Assembly: GCF_009834535.1 (NCBI RefSeq) | Contig: NC_045697.1 | Span: 118,980,001-119,044,000, forward strand | Length of the DNA: 64,000 nucleotides | Direction: 5' to 3' | Source: Camelus ferus | Taxonomy: Eukaryota | Part shown: in pieces, positions 51,001 to 63,800 of the stretch | How positions within the stretch are numbered: position 1 is the stretch's first letter | Layout of the letters: each line of letters begins with the position of its first letter | The notes under the pieces: model-generated | What the model was told of the DNA's origin: nothing | Databases searched by the model: none | What the model saw: the letters and a program-made list of their open reading frames with translations, nothing else | Made by a program: the position numbers and the translations under genes

Positions 51001-54000
51001 ATGGGAGGTACTAGCTCCAACTCTGTTTTACAGTGAAAACTGCAGGAACTTCAAACCGACACTAGGAAACAGACTGAGAAACCAGAGTAAAAGTTACTCC
51101 TGATAACCGTTTCTTTTGTGCTAGATGAACGAACGTCTCTCCATATACTCAGTTCAGAGAGATAAGTGTGTGTGAAAGCAGTCCTTCAAATAGCCTGTTG
51201 GGAACAGAACGTTTCCTTTCATTTGCAAACTCCACTCCTTACATATAAATTGGGAGTTACTAGCTCCAACTCGTTTTTACAGAGAAAACTGCAGGAACTT
51301 CAAACCGGCACTAGGAAACAGACTGAGAAACCAGAGTAAAAGTTTCTCCTGCAACAAGTTCCCTTTGTGCTAGATGAACGGAAGTCTCTCCACATGCTCA
51401 GTTCTGAGAGATAAGTGAGGGTGAAAGCCGTCCTTCACCTAGATTGTTGGGAACACAAAGTTTGTTTCAGTTGCAAATTCCACTCCATACATATATATGG
51501 GGAAGTACTAGCTCCAACTCGGTTTTACAGTGAAAACTGCAAGAACTTCAAAACGGCACTACGAAAGAAACTGAGAAACCAGAGTAAAAGTTTCTCCAGC
51601 AACCCGTTCCCTTGGTGCTAAATGAACGAACGTCTCTCCACATGCTCAGTTCTTAGAGAAAAGTGTGTGTGAAAGCCGTATTTCACCTAGCTTGTAGGGA
51701 ACAGAAAGTATCTTTCCAGGTGCAAACTCCACTCCATACATATAAATGGGAGGTACTAGCTCCAACTCTGTTTTACAGTGAAAACTGCAGGAACTTCAAA
51801 CTGGCACTAGGAAACAGACTGAGAAACCAGAGTAAAAGTTTCTCCGGCAACCCGTTTCCTTTCTGCTAGATGAACGAACGTCTCTCCACATGCTAAGTTC
51901 TGAGAGATAAGTGTGTGTGAAAGCCGTCCTTCACCTTGCTATAGGGAACACAAAGTTTCTTTTCAGTTGCAAACTCCACTCCATACATATAAATGGGAGG
52001 TACTAGCTCCAACTCTGTTTTACAGTGAAAACTGCAGGAACTTCAAACCGACAATAGGAAACATACTGAGAAACCAGAGTAAAAGTTACACCTGATAACC
52101 GTTTCTTTTGTGCTAGATGAACGAACGTCTCTCCATATACTCAGTTCAGAGAGATAAGTGTGTGTGAAAGCAGTCCTTCACCTAGCCTGTTGGGAACAGA
52201 ACGTTTCCTTTCATTTGCAAACTCCACTCCATATATATATATTGGGAGTTACTAGCTCCAACTCGTTTTTACAGAGAAAACTGCAGGAACTTCAAACCTG
52301 CACTAGGAAACAGACTGAGAAACCAGAGTAAAAGTTTCTCCTGCAACAAGTTCCCTTTGTGCTAGATGAACGAACGTCTCTCCACATGCTCATTTCTGAG
52401 AGATAAGTGTGTGTTAAAAAGCCTTCCTTCACCTAGCTTGTAGGGAATAGAAAGTATCTTTTCAGTTGCAAACTCCACTCCGTACATATATATTGGGAGT
52501 TACTAGCTCCAACTCGGTTTTACAGAGAAAACTGCAGGAACTTGAAGCCGGCACTAGGATCAGACTGAGAAACCAGAGTAAAAGTTTCTCCTGCAACAAG
52601 TTCCCTTTGTGCTAGATGAACGAACGTCTCTCCACATGCTCAGTTCTGAGAGATATGTAAGGGTGAAAGCCGTCCTTCACCTAGATTGTTGGGAACACAA
52701 AGTTTCTTTTCAGTTGCAAATTCCACTCCATACATATATATGGGGAAGTACTAGCTCCAACTCTGTTTTACAGTGAAAACTGCAAGAACTTCAAAACGGC
52801 ACTACGAAAGAGACTGAGAAAGCAGAGTAAAAGTTTCTACAGCAACCCGGTCCTTTGGTGCTAAATGAACGAACGTCTCTCCACATGCTCAGTTCTGAGA
52901 GAAAATTGTGTGTGAAAGCCGTATTTCACCTAGCTTGTAGGGAACAGAAAGTATCTTTCCAGGTGCAAACTCCACTCCATACATATATATGGGGAGGTAT
53001 TAGCTCCAACTCGGTTTTACAGAGAAAACTGCAGGAACGTCAAACCGGCACTAGGAAACAGACTGAGAAACCACAGTAAAATTTCCCCGGCAACCCGTTT
53101 CTTTTGTGCTAGATGAACGAACGTCTCTACACATGCTCAGTTGTGAGATATAAGTGTGTGTGAAAGCCGTCCTTCAACTAGTTTGTAGGGAACAGAATGT
53201 TTGCTTTCATTTGCAAACTCCACTCCATACATATATATTGGGAGTTACTAGTTCCAACTAGGTTAACAGTGAAAAAATGCAGGAACGTCAAACCGGCACT
53301 TGGAAACAGACTGAGAACACCAGAGTAAAAGTTTTCTCCTGCAACAATTTTCCTTTGTGCTAGATGAACGAAAGTCTCTCCACATGCTCAGTTCTCAGAG
53401 ATAACTGAGTTGTGAAAGCCGCCCTTCACCTAGCTTGTTGGGAACACATTGTTTCTTTTAAGTTGCTAACTACATTCCATACAAATATATGGGGAGGTAC
53501 TAACTCCAACTCGGTTTTACAGTGAAATCTGCAGGAAATTCAAACCGGCACTAGGAAATAGACTTAGAAACCAGAGAAAAGTTCCACCAGCAAACCCGTT
53601 CCCTTTGTGCTAGATGAATGAACGTCTCTCCAAATGCTCTGTTATGAGAGATAAGTATGTGAAAGCCGTCCTTCAACTAGATTGTTGGGAACAAAAAGAT
53701 CCTTTTCAGTAGCAAACTCCACTCCATACATATATATTGTGGCGGAGTATCTAGCTCCAACTTCCGTTTACAGTGAAAACTGCACGAACTTCAAAACGGC
53801 ACTACGAAACGAGACTGAGATAACCAGAGTAAAAGTTTACCCCTGCAACCCGTCCCTTTGTGCTAGATGAAAGAACGTCTCTCCACATGCTCATTTCTGA
53901 GAGATAAGTGTGTGTGAAAGCCGTCCTTCACCTACTCTTGTAAGGAACTACAAAGATTCTTTTCAGTTGCCAAACTCCCACTCCATACATATATATGGGA

Positions 54001-57000
54001 GGTACTAGCTACAATTCGGTTTTAAAGATGAAATCTGCAGGAACTTCAAACCGGGCCACTAGGAAACAGACTGAGAAATCAGAGTAAAAGTTTCTCCATG
54101 CAAACCCAGTTCACTTGGTGCTAGATGAACTGATCTGTCTCTCCATATGCACGCTTCTGAGAGTAATGTGTTTGAAAAAAGCCGTCCTTCATATAGCTTG
54201 TTTGGAACACAAAGTTCTTTTCAGTTGCAAACTCCACTCCATAAATATATATGGGGGATGGTAGTAGCTCCAACTCGTTTTAACAGTGAAAAATGCAGGA
54301 ACTTCAAACCAGTACTAGGAAAACGTCTGAGAAACCAGAGTAAAAATTTCTCCTGCAAACCCTGTTTTTGTGCTAGATAAACGAACGTCTCTCCACATGC
54401 TCAGTTCTGAGAGATAAGTGTGTGTGAAAGCCGTCCTTCACCTAGCTTGTTGGGAACCCAAATTTCTTTTCAGTGGAAACTCCACTCCATACATATATAT
54501 GGGGTGTTTTTAGCTCCAACTCGGTTAACTGTGAAAGCTGCAGGACCATCAAACCAGCACTAGGAAACAGACTGAGAAACCAGAATAAAGTTTTCCTGCA
54601 AAAAGTTCCCTTTGTGCTAGATGAACAAATGTCTCTCCAAATGCTCAGTTCTGAGAGATAAGTGAGTGTGAAAGCCGTACTTCACCTAGCTTGTTTTGAA
54701 CACAAAGTTCCTTTCAGTAGCAAACTCCACTCCATACATATATATGGGGTTACTAGCTGCGAATCAGTTTTACAGTGAAAACTGAAGGAACATCCAAACC
54801 GGCACTAGGGAACAGACTGAGAAACCAGAGTAATAGTTACTCCTGCAAACCGATCCCTTTGTGCTAAATAAGGAACGTCTCTCCACATGCTCAGTTCTGA
54901 GATATAAGTGTGTGTGAAAGCCATCCTTCAACTATCTTGTTGGGAACACAAAGTTACTTTCAGTTGCAAATTTCACTCCATACATATATATGGGGAGGTA
55001 GTAGCTCCAAATCTGTTTTACAGTGAAAACTGCAGGAGCATCTAACCGGCACTAGGAAACAGACTGAGAAACCAGGGTAAAAGTTACTCCAGCAACCCGT
55101 TCCCTTGGTGCTAAATGAACGAACGTCTCTCCACATGCTCATTTCTGAGAGAAAAGTGTGTGTGAAAGCCGTATTTCACCTAGCTTGTAGGGAACCGAAA
55201 GTATCTTTCCAGGTGCAAACTCCACTCCATACATATATATGGGTAGGTACTAACTCCAACTCGTATTTACAGTGAAAACTGCATTCTTCAAAACGGCACT
55301 AGGAAACAGACTGAGAAACCACAGAAGAAGTTTCCCCTGCAACCGATCCCTTGTTGCTAGATGAACGAACGTCTCTCCACATGCTCAATTCTGAGAGATA
55401 AGTGTGTGTTAAAGCCTTCCTTCCCTAGCTTGTAGGGAACAGAAAACATCTTTCAGTTGCAAACTCCACTCCGTACATATATTGGGGAGGTACTAGCTCC
55501 AACTCTGTTTTACAGTGATAAGTGCAGGAACTTCAAACCGGCACTAGAAAAAAGACGGAGAAACCACAGTAAAAGTTTTCCCTGCAACCCGTTCCCTTGG
55601 TGCTAGATGAACGAACCTCTCTCCACATGCTCAGTTCTGAGAGATAAGTGTGGTGGTGAATGCCGTCTTCAACTAGCTTGTAGGGAACACAAATTTTCAT
55701 TTCAGTTGCAAATTACACTCATAAATATATATGGGGAGGTACTAGCTCCAACTAGGATTTACAGTGAAAACTGCAGGAACTTCATACAGGCTCTAGGAAA
55801 CAGACTGAGAAACCAGAGTAAAAGTTTCTCCGGCAACCCGTTTCCTTTCTGCTAGATGAACGAACGTCTGTCCACATGCTCAGTTCTGAAAAATAAGTGT
55901 GTGTGAAAGCCGTCCTTCACCTTGCATAGGGAACACAAAGTTTCTTTTCAGTTGCAAACTCCACTCCATACAATAAATGGGAGGTACTAGCTCCAACTCT
56001 GTTTTACAGTGAAAACTGCAGGAACTTCAAACCGACACTAGGAAACAGACTGAGAAACCAGAGTAAAAGTTACTCCTGATAAACCGTTTCTTTTGTGCTA
56101 GATGAACGAACGTCTCTCCATATACTCAGTTCAGAGAGATAAGTGTGTGTAAAGCAGTCCTTCAAATAGCCTGTTGGGAACAGAACGTTTCCTTTCATTT
56201 GCAAACTCCACTCCTTACATATAATTGGGAGTTACTAGCTCCACTCGTTTTACAGAGAAAACTGCAGGAACTTCAAACCGGCACTAGGAAACAACTGAGA
56301 AACCAGAGTAAAAGTTTCTCCTGCAACAAGTTCCCTTTGTGCTAGATGAACGGAAGTCTCTCCACATGCTCAGTTCTGAGAGATAAGTGAGGGTGAAAGC
56401 CGTTCTTCACCTAGATTGTTGGGAACACAAAGTTTGTTTTCAGTTGCAAATTCCACTCCATACATATATATGGGAAGTACTAGCTCCAACTCGGTTTACA
56501 GTGAAAACTGCAAGAACTTCAAAACGGCACTACGAAAGAAACTGAGAAACCAGAGTAAAAGTTTCTCCAGCAACCCGTTCCCTTGGTGCTAAATGAACGA
56601 ACGTCTCTCCCACATGCTCAGTTCTAGAGAAAAGTGTGTGTGAAGCCGTATTTCACCTAGCTTGTAGGGAACAGAAAGTATCTTTCCAGGTGCAAACTCC
56701 ACTCCATACATATAAATGGGAGGTACTAGCTCCAACTCTGTTTTACAGTGAAAACTGCAGGAACTTCAAACTGGCACTAGGAAACAGACTGAGAAACCAG
56801 AGTAAAAGTTTCTCCGGCAACCCGTTTCCTTTCTGCTAGATGAACGAACGTCTCTCCACATGCTAAGTTCTGAGAGATAAGTGTGTTGTGAAAGCCGTCC
56901 TTCACCTTGCTATAGGGAACACAAAGTTTCTTTTCAGTTGCAAACTCCACTCCATACATATAAATGGGAGGTACTAGCTCCAACTCTGTTTTACAGTGAA

Positions 57001-57765
57001 AACTGCAGGAACTTCAAACCGACATAGGAAACATACTGAGAAACCAGAGTAAAAGTTACACCTGATAACCATTTCTTTTGTGCTAGATGAACGAACGTCC
57101 TCCATATATACTCAGTTCAGAGAGATAAGTGTGTGTGAAAGCAGTCCTTCACCTAGCCTGTTGGGAACAAACGTTTCCTTTCATTTGCAAACTCCACTCC
57201 ATATATATATATTGGGAGTTACTACTCCAACTCGTTTTTACAGAGAAAACTGCAGGAACTTCAAACCTGCACTAGGAAACAGACTGAGAAACGAGAGTAA
57301 TTGTTTATCCTGCAACAAGTTCCCTTTGTGCTAGATGAACGAATGTCTCTCCACATGCTCATTTCTGAGAGATAAGTGTGTGTTAAAGCCTTCCTTCACC
57401 TAGCTTGTAGGGAATAGAAAGTATCTTTTCAGTTGCAAACTCCACTCCGTACATATATTTGGGAGTTACTAGCTCCAACTCGGTTTTACAGAGAAAACTG
57501 CAGGAACTTGAAGCCGGCACTAGGAATCAGACTGAGAAACCAGAGTAAAAGTTTCTCCTGCAACAAGTTCCCTTTGTGCTAGATGAACGAACGTCTCTCC
57601 ACATGCTCAGTTCTGAGAGATATGTAAGGGTGAAAGCCGTCCTTCACCTAGATTGTTGGGAACACAAAGTTTCTTTTCAGTTGCAAATTCCACTCCATAC
57701 ATATATATGGGGAAGTACTAGCTCCAACTCTGTTTTACAGTGAAAACTGCAAGAACTTCAAACGG
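42070..57765 (+). repeat. HOR domain 3: 22-monomer unit (~5467 bp) x2 plus a 20-monomer variant truncated by the gap
   Basis: The marker gaacgtcaaa...aaaatttccccggcaac lies at 42101, 47567 and 53035. ORF pairs have offsets of 5466-5468 (42667/48133, 44508/49976, 46196/51663, 47387/52855), then ~4973-4984 (49976/54960, 51663/56636). Confidence 0.9.
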
Positions 57766-57865
57766 NNNNNNNNNNNNNNNNNNNNNNNNNNNNNNNNNNN
57801 NNNNNNNNNNNNNNNNNNNNNNNNNNNNNNNNNNNNNNNNNNNNNNNNNNNNNNNNNNNNNNNNN
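57766..57865. other. Assembly gap (100 N) coinciding with the satellite strand switch
   Basis: Exactly 100 N; satellite orientation differs on the two sides. Confidence 0.99.
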
Positions 57866-60800
57866 CTAGCACAAACTTACCAGGTTGCAGGAGAAACTTT
57901 ACTCTCTTTCCTCAGTCTGTTTCCTAGTGCCGGTTTGAAGTTCCTGCAGTTTTCACTGTAAACCGATTTGGAGCTAGTACCTCCTCCTATATATGTATGG
58001 AGTGGAGTTTGCAACTGAAAAGAAACTTTGTGTTCCCTTCAAGATAGGTGAAGGACGGCTTTCACACACACTTATCTCTCAGAACTGAGCATGTGGAGAG
58101 ACGTTCTTTCATCTAGCACAAAGGGACCGGGTTGCAGGGGTAACTTTTACTGTGGTTTCTCTGTCTTTCCTAGTGCCGGTTAGAAGTACTTGCAGTTTCA
58201 CTGTAAAACCACGTTGAAGCTAGTACCTCCCCAATTATATGTATTGAGTGGAGTTTGCAACTGAAAAGAATCTTTTTGTTCCCAAAAAGCTAGTTGAAGG
58301 ACGGCTTTCACACACTTATCTCTCAGAACTGAGCATTGGAGAGACGTTCATTCATCTAGCACAAGGGAACGGGTTTGCAGTTGGAACATTTCTTGGTTTA
58401 TAAGTCTGTTCCTAATGCCGGTTTGAAGTTCCTGCAGTTTTCACTGTAAAACAGATTTGGAGCTATACCTCCCCATATATATGTATGGAGTGGAGCTTGT
58501 AACTGAAAAGAAACTATGTTTTCCAAACAAGCTAGTTGAATGCCGGCTTTCACAACCACTTATATCTCACAACTGAGCATGTGGAGAGACGTTCGTTCAT
58601 CTAGCACAAAGGGAACGGGTTGCACGTGAAACTTTTATTCTGGTTTCTAAGTCTGTTTCCTAGTGCCGGTTTGAATTTCATGCAGTATTCACTGTAAAAC
58701 AGAGTTGGAGCTAGTACCTAACCAATTATATGAATGGAGTGGAGTTTGCAACTGAAAGATACTATTTGTTCCCAACAGATAGTTGAAGAATGGCTTTCAC
58801 TCACACTTATATCTCAGAACTGAGCATGTGGAGAGACGTTCGTTCATCTAGCACAAAGGGAATCGGTTGCGGAAATGAAGAAACTTTTTCTCTGGTTTCC
58901 TCATCGTGTTTCCTAGTGCGGTTTGGAATTATTTCTGCAGTTTTCACTGTAATAAACAGATGTTGGGAGCTACTACCACCCATATAATGTATGGGAGTGG
59001 AGTTTGCAACCTGAAAAGAACTTTGTTTTCCCCAACAAGCTAGTTGAAGGAAGAGCTTTCACACACAATTATATCTCAGAACTGAGCATGTGGAGAGACG
59101 TTCGTTCATCTAGCACAAAGGGAAACGGTTGCAGGAGAAACATTTACTCTGGTTTCTCAGTCTGTTTCCTAGTGCCGGTTTGAAGTACCTGCAGTTTTCA
59201 CTGTTATACCGTGTTGGACCTAGAACCGCACAGATATATGTATGGAGTGGAGCTTGCTACTGAAAAGAAACTTTGTTTTCCCAACAGCTAGTTGAAGGAC
59301 GGCTTTCACACACACGTATCTCTCAGAACTGAGCATATGGAGAGACGTACGTTCATCGAGCGAAAATGGAACGGGTTGCAGGGGAAACTATTACTCTGGT
59401 TTCTCAGTCTGTTTCCTAGTGCCGGTTTGAAGTTAATGCAGTTTTCACTGTAAAACCGAGTTGGAGCTTGTACCTCCCATATATATGTATGGAGTGGAGT
59501 TTGCAACGGAAAAGTCACTTTGTGTTCCCAACAAACTACGTGAAGGACGGCTTTCACACACACTTATCTCTCAGAACTGAGCATGTGGAGAGAGGTTCGT
59601 TCATCTAGCACAAAGGGAACGGGTTGCAGCATAAACATTTACTGCAGTTTCTCAGTCTGTTTCCTAGTGCCGGTTTGAAGTTCCTGCAGTTTTCACTGTA
59701 AAACCGAGTTGGAGCTAGTACCTCTCCATATATATGTATGGAGTGGAGTTTGCAACTGAACAGAAACTTTGTTTTCCCAACAAGCTAGATAAAGGGCGGC
59801 TTTCACACACACTTATATCTCAGAACTGAGCATGTGGAGAGACGTTCGTTCATCTAGCACAAAGGGAACGGTTTGCAGGGGAACTTTTACTGTGGTATCT
59901 TAGTCTGTTTCCTAGTGTCGTTTTGAATTTCCTGCAGTATTCACTGTTAACCGAGTTGGAGCTGATACCACCCCATATATATGTATGGAGTGGAGTTTGC
60001 AACTGAAAAGAAATTTTGTTTTCCCAACAAGCTAGATAAAGGGTGGCTTTCACACACACATATCTCTCAGACTGAGCATGTGGAGGGACGTTCGTTCATC
60101 TAGAACAATAGAAAAGGGTTGCAGCATAAACATATACTGTAGTTTCTCAGTCTGTTTCCTAGTGCCGTTTGAAGTTCCTGCAGTTTTCACTGTAAAACAG
60201 ATTTGGAGCTACTACCTCCCCATATATATGTATGGAGTGGAATTTTCTTCTGAAAAGAAACTTTGTGTTCCAAAAGCTAGGTGAAGGACGGCTTTCACAC
60301 ACACTTATATCTCAGAACAGAGCATGTGGAGAGACGTTTGTTCATCTAGAACCAAGGGTACGGGTTGCATTAGAAACTTTTACTCTGGATTCTCTGTCTC
60401 TTTCCTATTGCTGGTTTGAAGTTCCTGCAGTTTTCACTCTTAAACCGAGTTGGACCTATAAACGCCCCATATATATGTATGGAGAGGAGTTTGCTACTGA
60501 AAATAAACTTTGTGTTCCCAACAAGCTAGGTGAAAGACGGCTTTCACACACACTTTTCTCTCAGAACTAAGCATGTGGGGAGACGTTCGTTCATGTAGCA
60601 AAAAGGGAACGGGTTGCAGGAGAAACTTTTACTCTGGTTTCTCAGTCTATTTCCTAGTGCCGGTTTGAAGTTCCTGCATTTTCCACTGTAAATCCTAATA
60701 GAAGCTAGTACCACCCCATATATAATTATGGAGTGGAGTTTGCAACTGAAAAGAAACTTTGTGTTCCCTACAATCTAGGTGAAGGACGGCTTTCACACAC

Positions 60801-63800
60801 TTAACTCTCAGAAATGAGCATGTGGAGAGACGTCCGTACATCTAGCACAAAGGGATCGGGTTGTAGGGGAAACTTTTACTATGGTTTCTCAGTCTGTTTC
60901 CTAGTTCGGTTTTGAAGTTCCTGCAGTTTTCACTGAAAAACCAATTTGGAGCTAGTACATCCCCATATATATTTACAGAGTGTAGTTTGCAACTGAAATG
61001 AAAATTTGTGTTCCCAACAAGCTAGTTGAAGACGGCATTCACACACACTTATCGCTCAGAACTGAGCATGTGGAGAGACGTTCGTTCATCTAGCACCAAG
61101 GGAACGGGTTGCAGGAGACACTTTTACTCTGGTTCTCCGTCTGTTTTCTAGTGCCGGTTTGAAGTTCCTGCACTTTTCACTGTAAAACCGAGTTGGAGCT
61201 AGAACCTCCCCATATATATGTACAGAGTGGAGTTTGCAACTGAAAAGAAACTTTGTGTTCAAAACAAGCTATGTGAAGGACGGCTTTCACACACACTTAT
61301 CTCTCAGAACTGAGCATGTGGAGAGACGTTAGTTCATCCAGCACAAAGGGAACGTGTTGCAGGAGAAACTTTTACTGTGGTTTCTCAGTCTTTTTCCTAG
61401 TGCCGTTTTGAAGTTCCTGCAGTTTTCACTTTAAAACCGAATTGGAGCTAGTACCTCCCCATATATATGTATGGAGTGGAGTTTGCACTTGAAAAGTTAC
61501 TTTGTGTGCCCTACAAGCTAGGTGAAATACGGCTTTCACACACACTTATCACTCAGAACTGAGCATGTGCAGAGACGTTCGTTCATCTAGCACCAACTGT
61601 ACGGGTTGCAGGAGAAACTTTTACTCTGATTTCTCAGTCTGTTTCGTAGTGCCTGTGTGAAGTTCTTGCAGTTTTCACTGTAAAATCGATTTGGAGCTAG
61701 TAGTTCCCCATATATATGTATGGAGTGGAGTTTGCAACTGAAAAGAAACATTGTGTTCCCAACAAGCTAGGTGAAGGACTGCTTTCACACTCACTTATCT
61801 CTCAGAACTGAGCATGTGGAGAGACATTTGTTCATCCAGCACCAAGGGAAAGTTTTGCAGGAGAAACTTTTACTCTGGTTTCTCAGTCTGTTTCCTAGTG
61901 CCGGTTTGAAATTCCTGCAGTTTTCACTATTAAACCGAGTTGGAGCTAGTACTTCCCCAAATATACGTATGGAGTGGTGTTTGCAAATGAAAAGAAACTT
62001 TGTGTTCCAAACAAGCTACGTGAAGGACGGCTTTCACCCACACTGATATCTCAGAACTGAGCATGTGGAGAGACGTTCGTTCATCTAGCACAAAGGGAAC
62101 GTGTTGCAGGAGAAACTATAACTCTGTATTGTCAGTCTGTTTTCTGGTTCCGGTTTGAAGTTCCTGCAGTTTTCACTGTAAAACCGATTTGGACCAAGAA
62201 CCTCCCCATATATATGTATGCAGTGGAGTTTGCAACTGAAAAGAAACTTTGTGATCCCTACAAACTTGTTGAAGGACGGCTTTCACACACACTTATCTCT
62301 CAGAACTGAGCATGTGGAGAGACTTTCGTTCATCTAGCACAAAGGGAACAGGTTGTAGGGGAAACATTTACTCTGGTTTCTCAGTCTGTTTCCTAGTGCC
62401 GGTTTGAAGTTCCTGCAGTTTTCACTGTAAAACAGATTTGGACCTAGAACAGCCACATATATATGTATGGAGTGGAGTTTGCTACTGAAAATAAACATTG
62501 TGTTCCCAACAGGCTAGTTGAAGTACAGCTTTAACAAACACTTATTTCACAGAACTGAGCATGTGGAGAGACATTCGTTCATCTAGCACAAACTTACCAG
62601 GTTGCAGGAGAAACTTTTACTCTCTTTCCTCAGTCTGTTTCCTAGTGCCGGTTTGAAGTTCCTGCAGTTTTCACTGTAAAACCGATTTGGAGCTAGTACC
62701 TCCTCCTATATATGTATGGAGTGGAGTTTGCAACTGAAAAGAAACTTTGTGTTCCCTTCAAGATAGGTGAAGGACGGCTTTCACACACACTTATCTCTCA
62801 GAACTGAGCATGTGGAGAGACGTTCTTTCATCTAGCACAAAGGGACCGGGTTGCAGGGGTAACTTTTACTGTGGTTTCTCTGTCTCTTTCCTAGTGCCGG
62901 TTAGAAGTACTTGCAGTTTTCACTGTAAAACCACGTTGAAGCTAGTACCTCCCCATATATATGTATGGAGTGGAGTTTGCAACTGAAAAGAATCTTTTTG
63001 TTCCCAAAAAGCTAGTTGAAGGACGGCTTTCACACACTTATCTCTCAGAACTGAGCATTTGGAGAGACGTTCATTCATCTAGCACAAAGGGAACGGGTTG
63101 CTGTTGGAACATTTCTCTGGTTTATAAGTCTGTTTCCTAATGCCGGTTTGAAGTTCCTGCAGTTTTCACTGTAAAACAGATTTGGAGCTAATACCTCCCC
63201 ATATATATGTATGGAGTGAAGTTTGCAACTGAAAAGAAACTTTGTGTTCCCAACAAGCTATTTGAAAGATGGCTTTCACACACACTTATATCCCAGAACT
63301 GAGCATGTGGAGGGACGTTCCTTCATCTAGCACAAAGGGAATCGGTTGCAGGAGAAACTTTTACTCTGGTTTCTCAGTCTATTTCCTAGTGCCGGTTTGA
63401 ATTTCCTGTAGTTTTCACTGTAAAACCGAGTTGGAGTTAGTACCTCCCCATATATATGTATGGATTGTAGTTAGCAACTTAAAAGAAACATTGTGTTCCC
63501 AACAAGCTAGGTGAAGGACGGCTTTCACACTCAGTTATCTCTGAGAACTGAGCAAGTGGAGAGACTTTCGTTCATCTAGAACAAAGGGAACGGGTTGCCA
63601 GAGAAAATTTTACTCTGGTTTCTCAGTCTGTTTCCTACTGCCGGTTTGAAGTTCCTGCACGTTTCACTGTAAAACCGATTTGCAGCTAGTACCTGCCCAT
63701 ATATATGTATGGAGTGGAGTTTGCAACTGAAAAGGAACTTTGTGTTCCCAACAAGCTAGGTGAAGGACGGATTTCACACTCAGTTATTTCTGAGAACTGA

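Larger units (their letters stand above)
20005..57765 (+). repeat. Tandem satellite DNA array, ~248-249 bp monomer, ~152 monomers, probable (peri)centromeric satellite
   Basis: The motif ggcactagga recurs at 22501, 22750, 22998 and 23246 (spacing 249/248/248). By-eye consensus (249 bp): aactccactccatacatatatatggggaggtactagctccaactcggttttacagtgaaaactgcaggaacttcaaaccggcactaggaaacagactgagaaaccagagtaaaagtttctcctgcaacccgttccctttgtgctagatgaacgaacgtctctccacatgctcagttctgagagataagtgtgtgtgaaagccgtccttcacctagcttgttgggaacacaaagtttcttttcagttgca. No interspersed elements were seen. The centromeric location is an inference. Confidence 0.97.

Noticed and set aside
53700..54300. Locally divergent, indel-rich monomers suggesting a distinct subfamily
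   Set aside because: Scattered 1-2 bp indels and mixed variants resemble low-coverage long-read consensus error, as do 20005-21000, 55200-57765 and 57866-59100.
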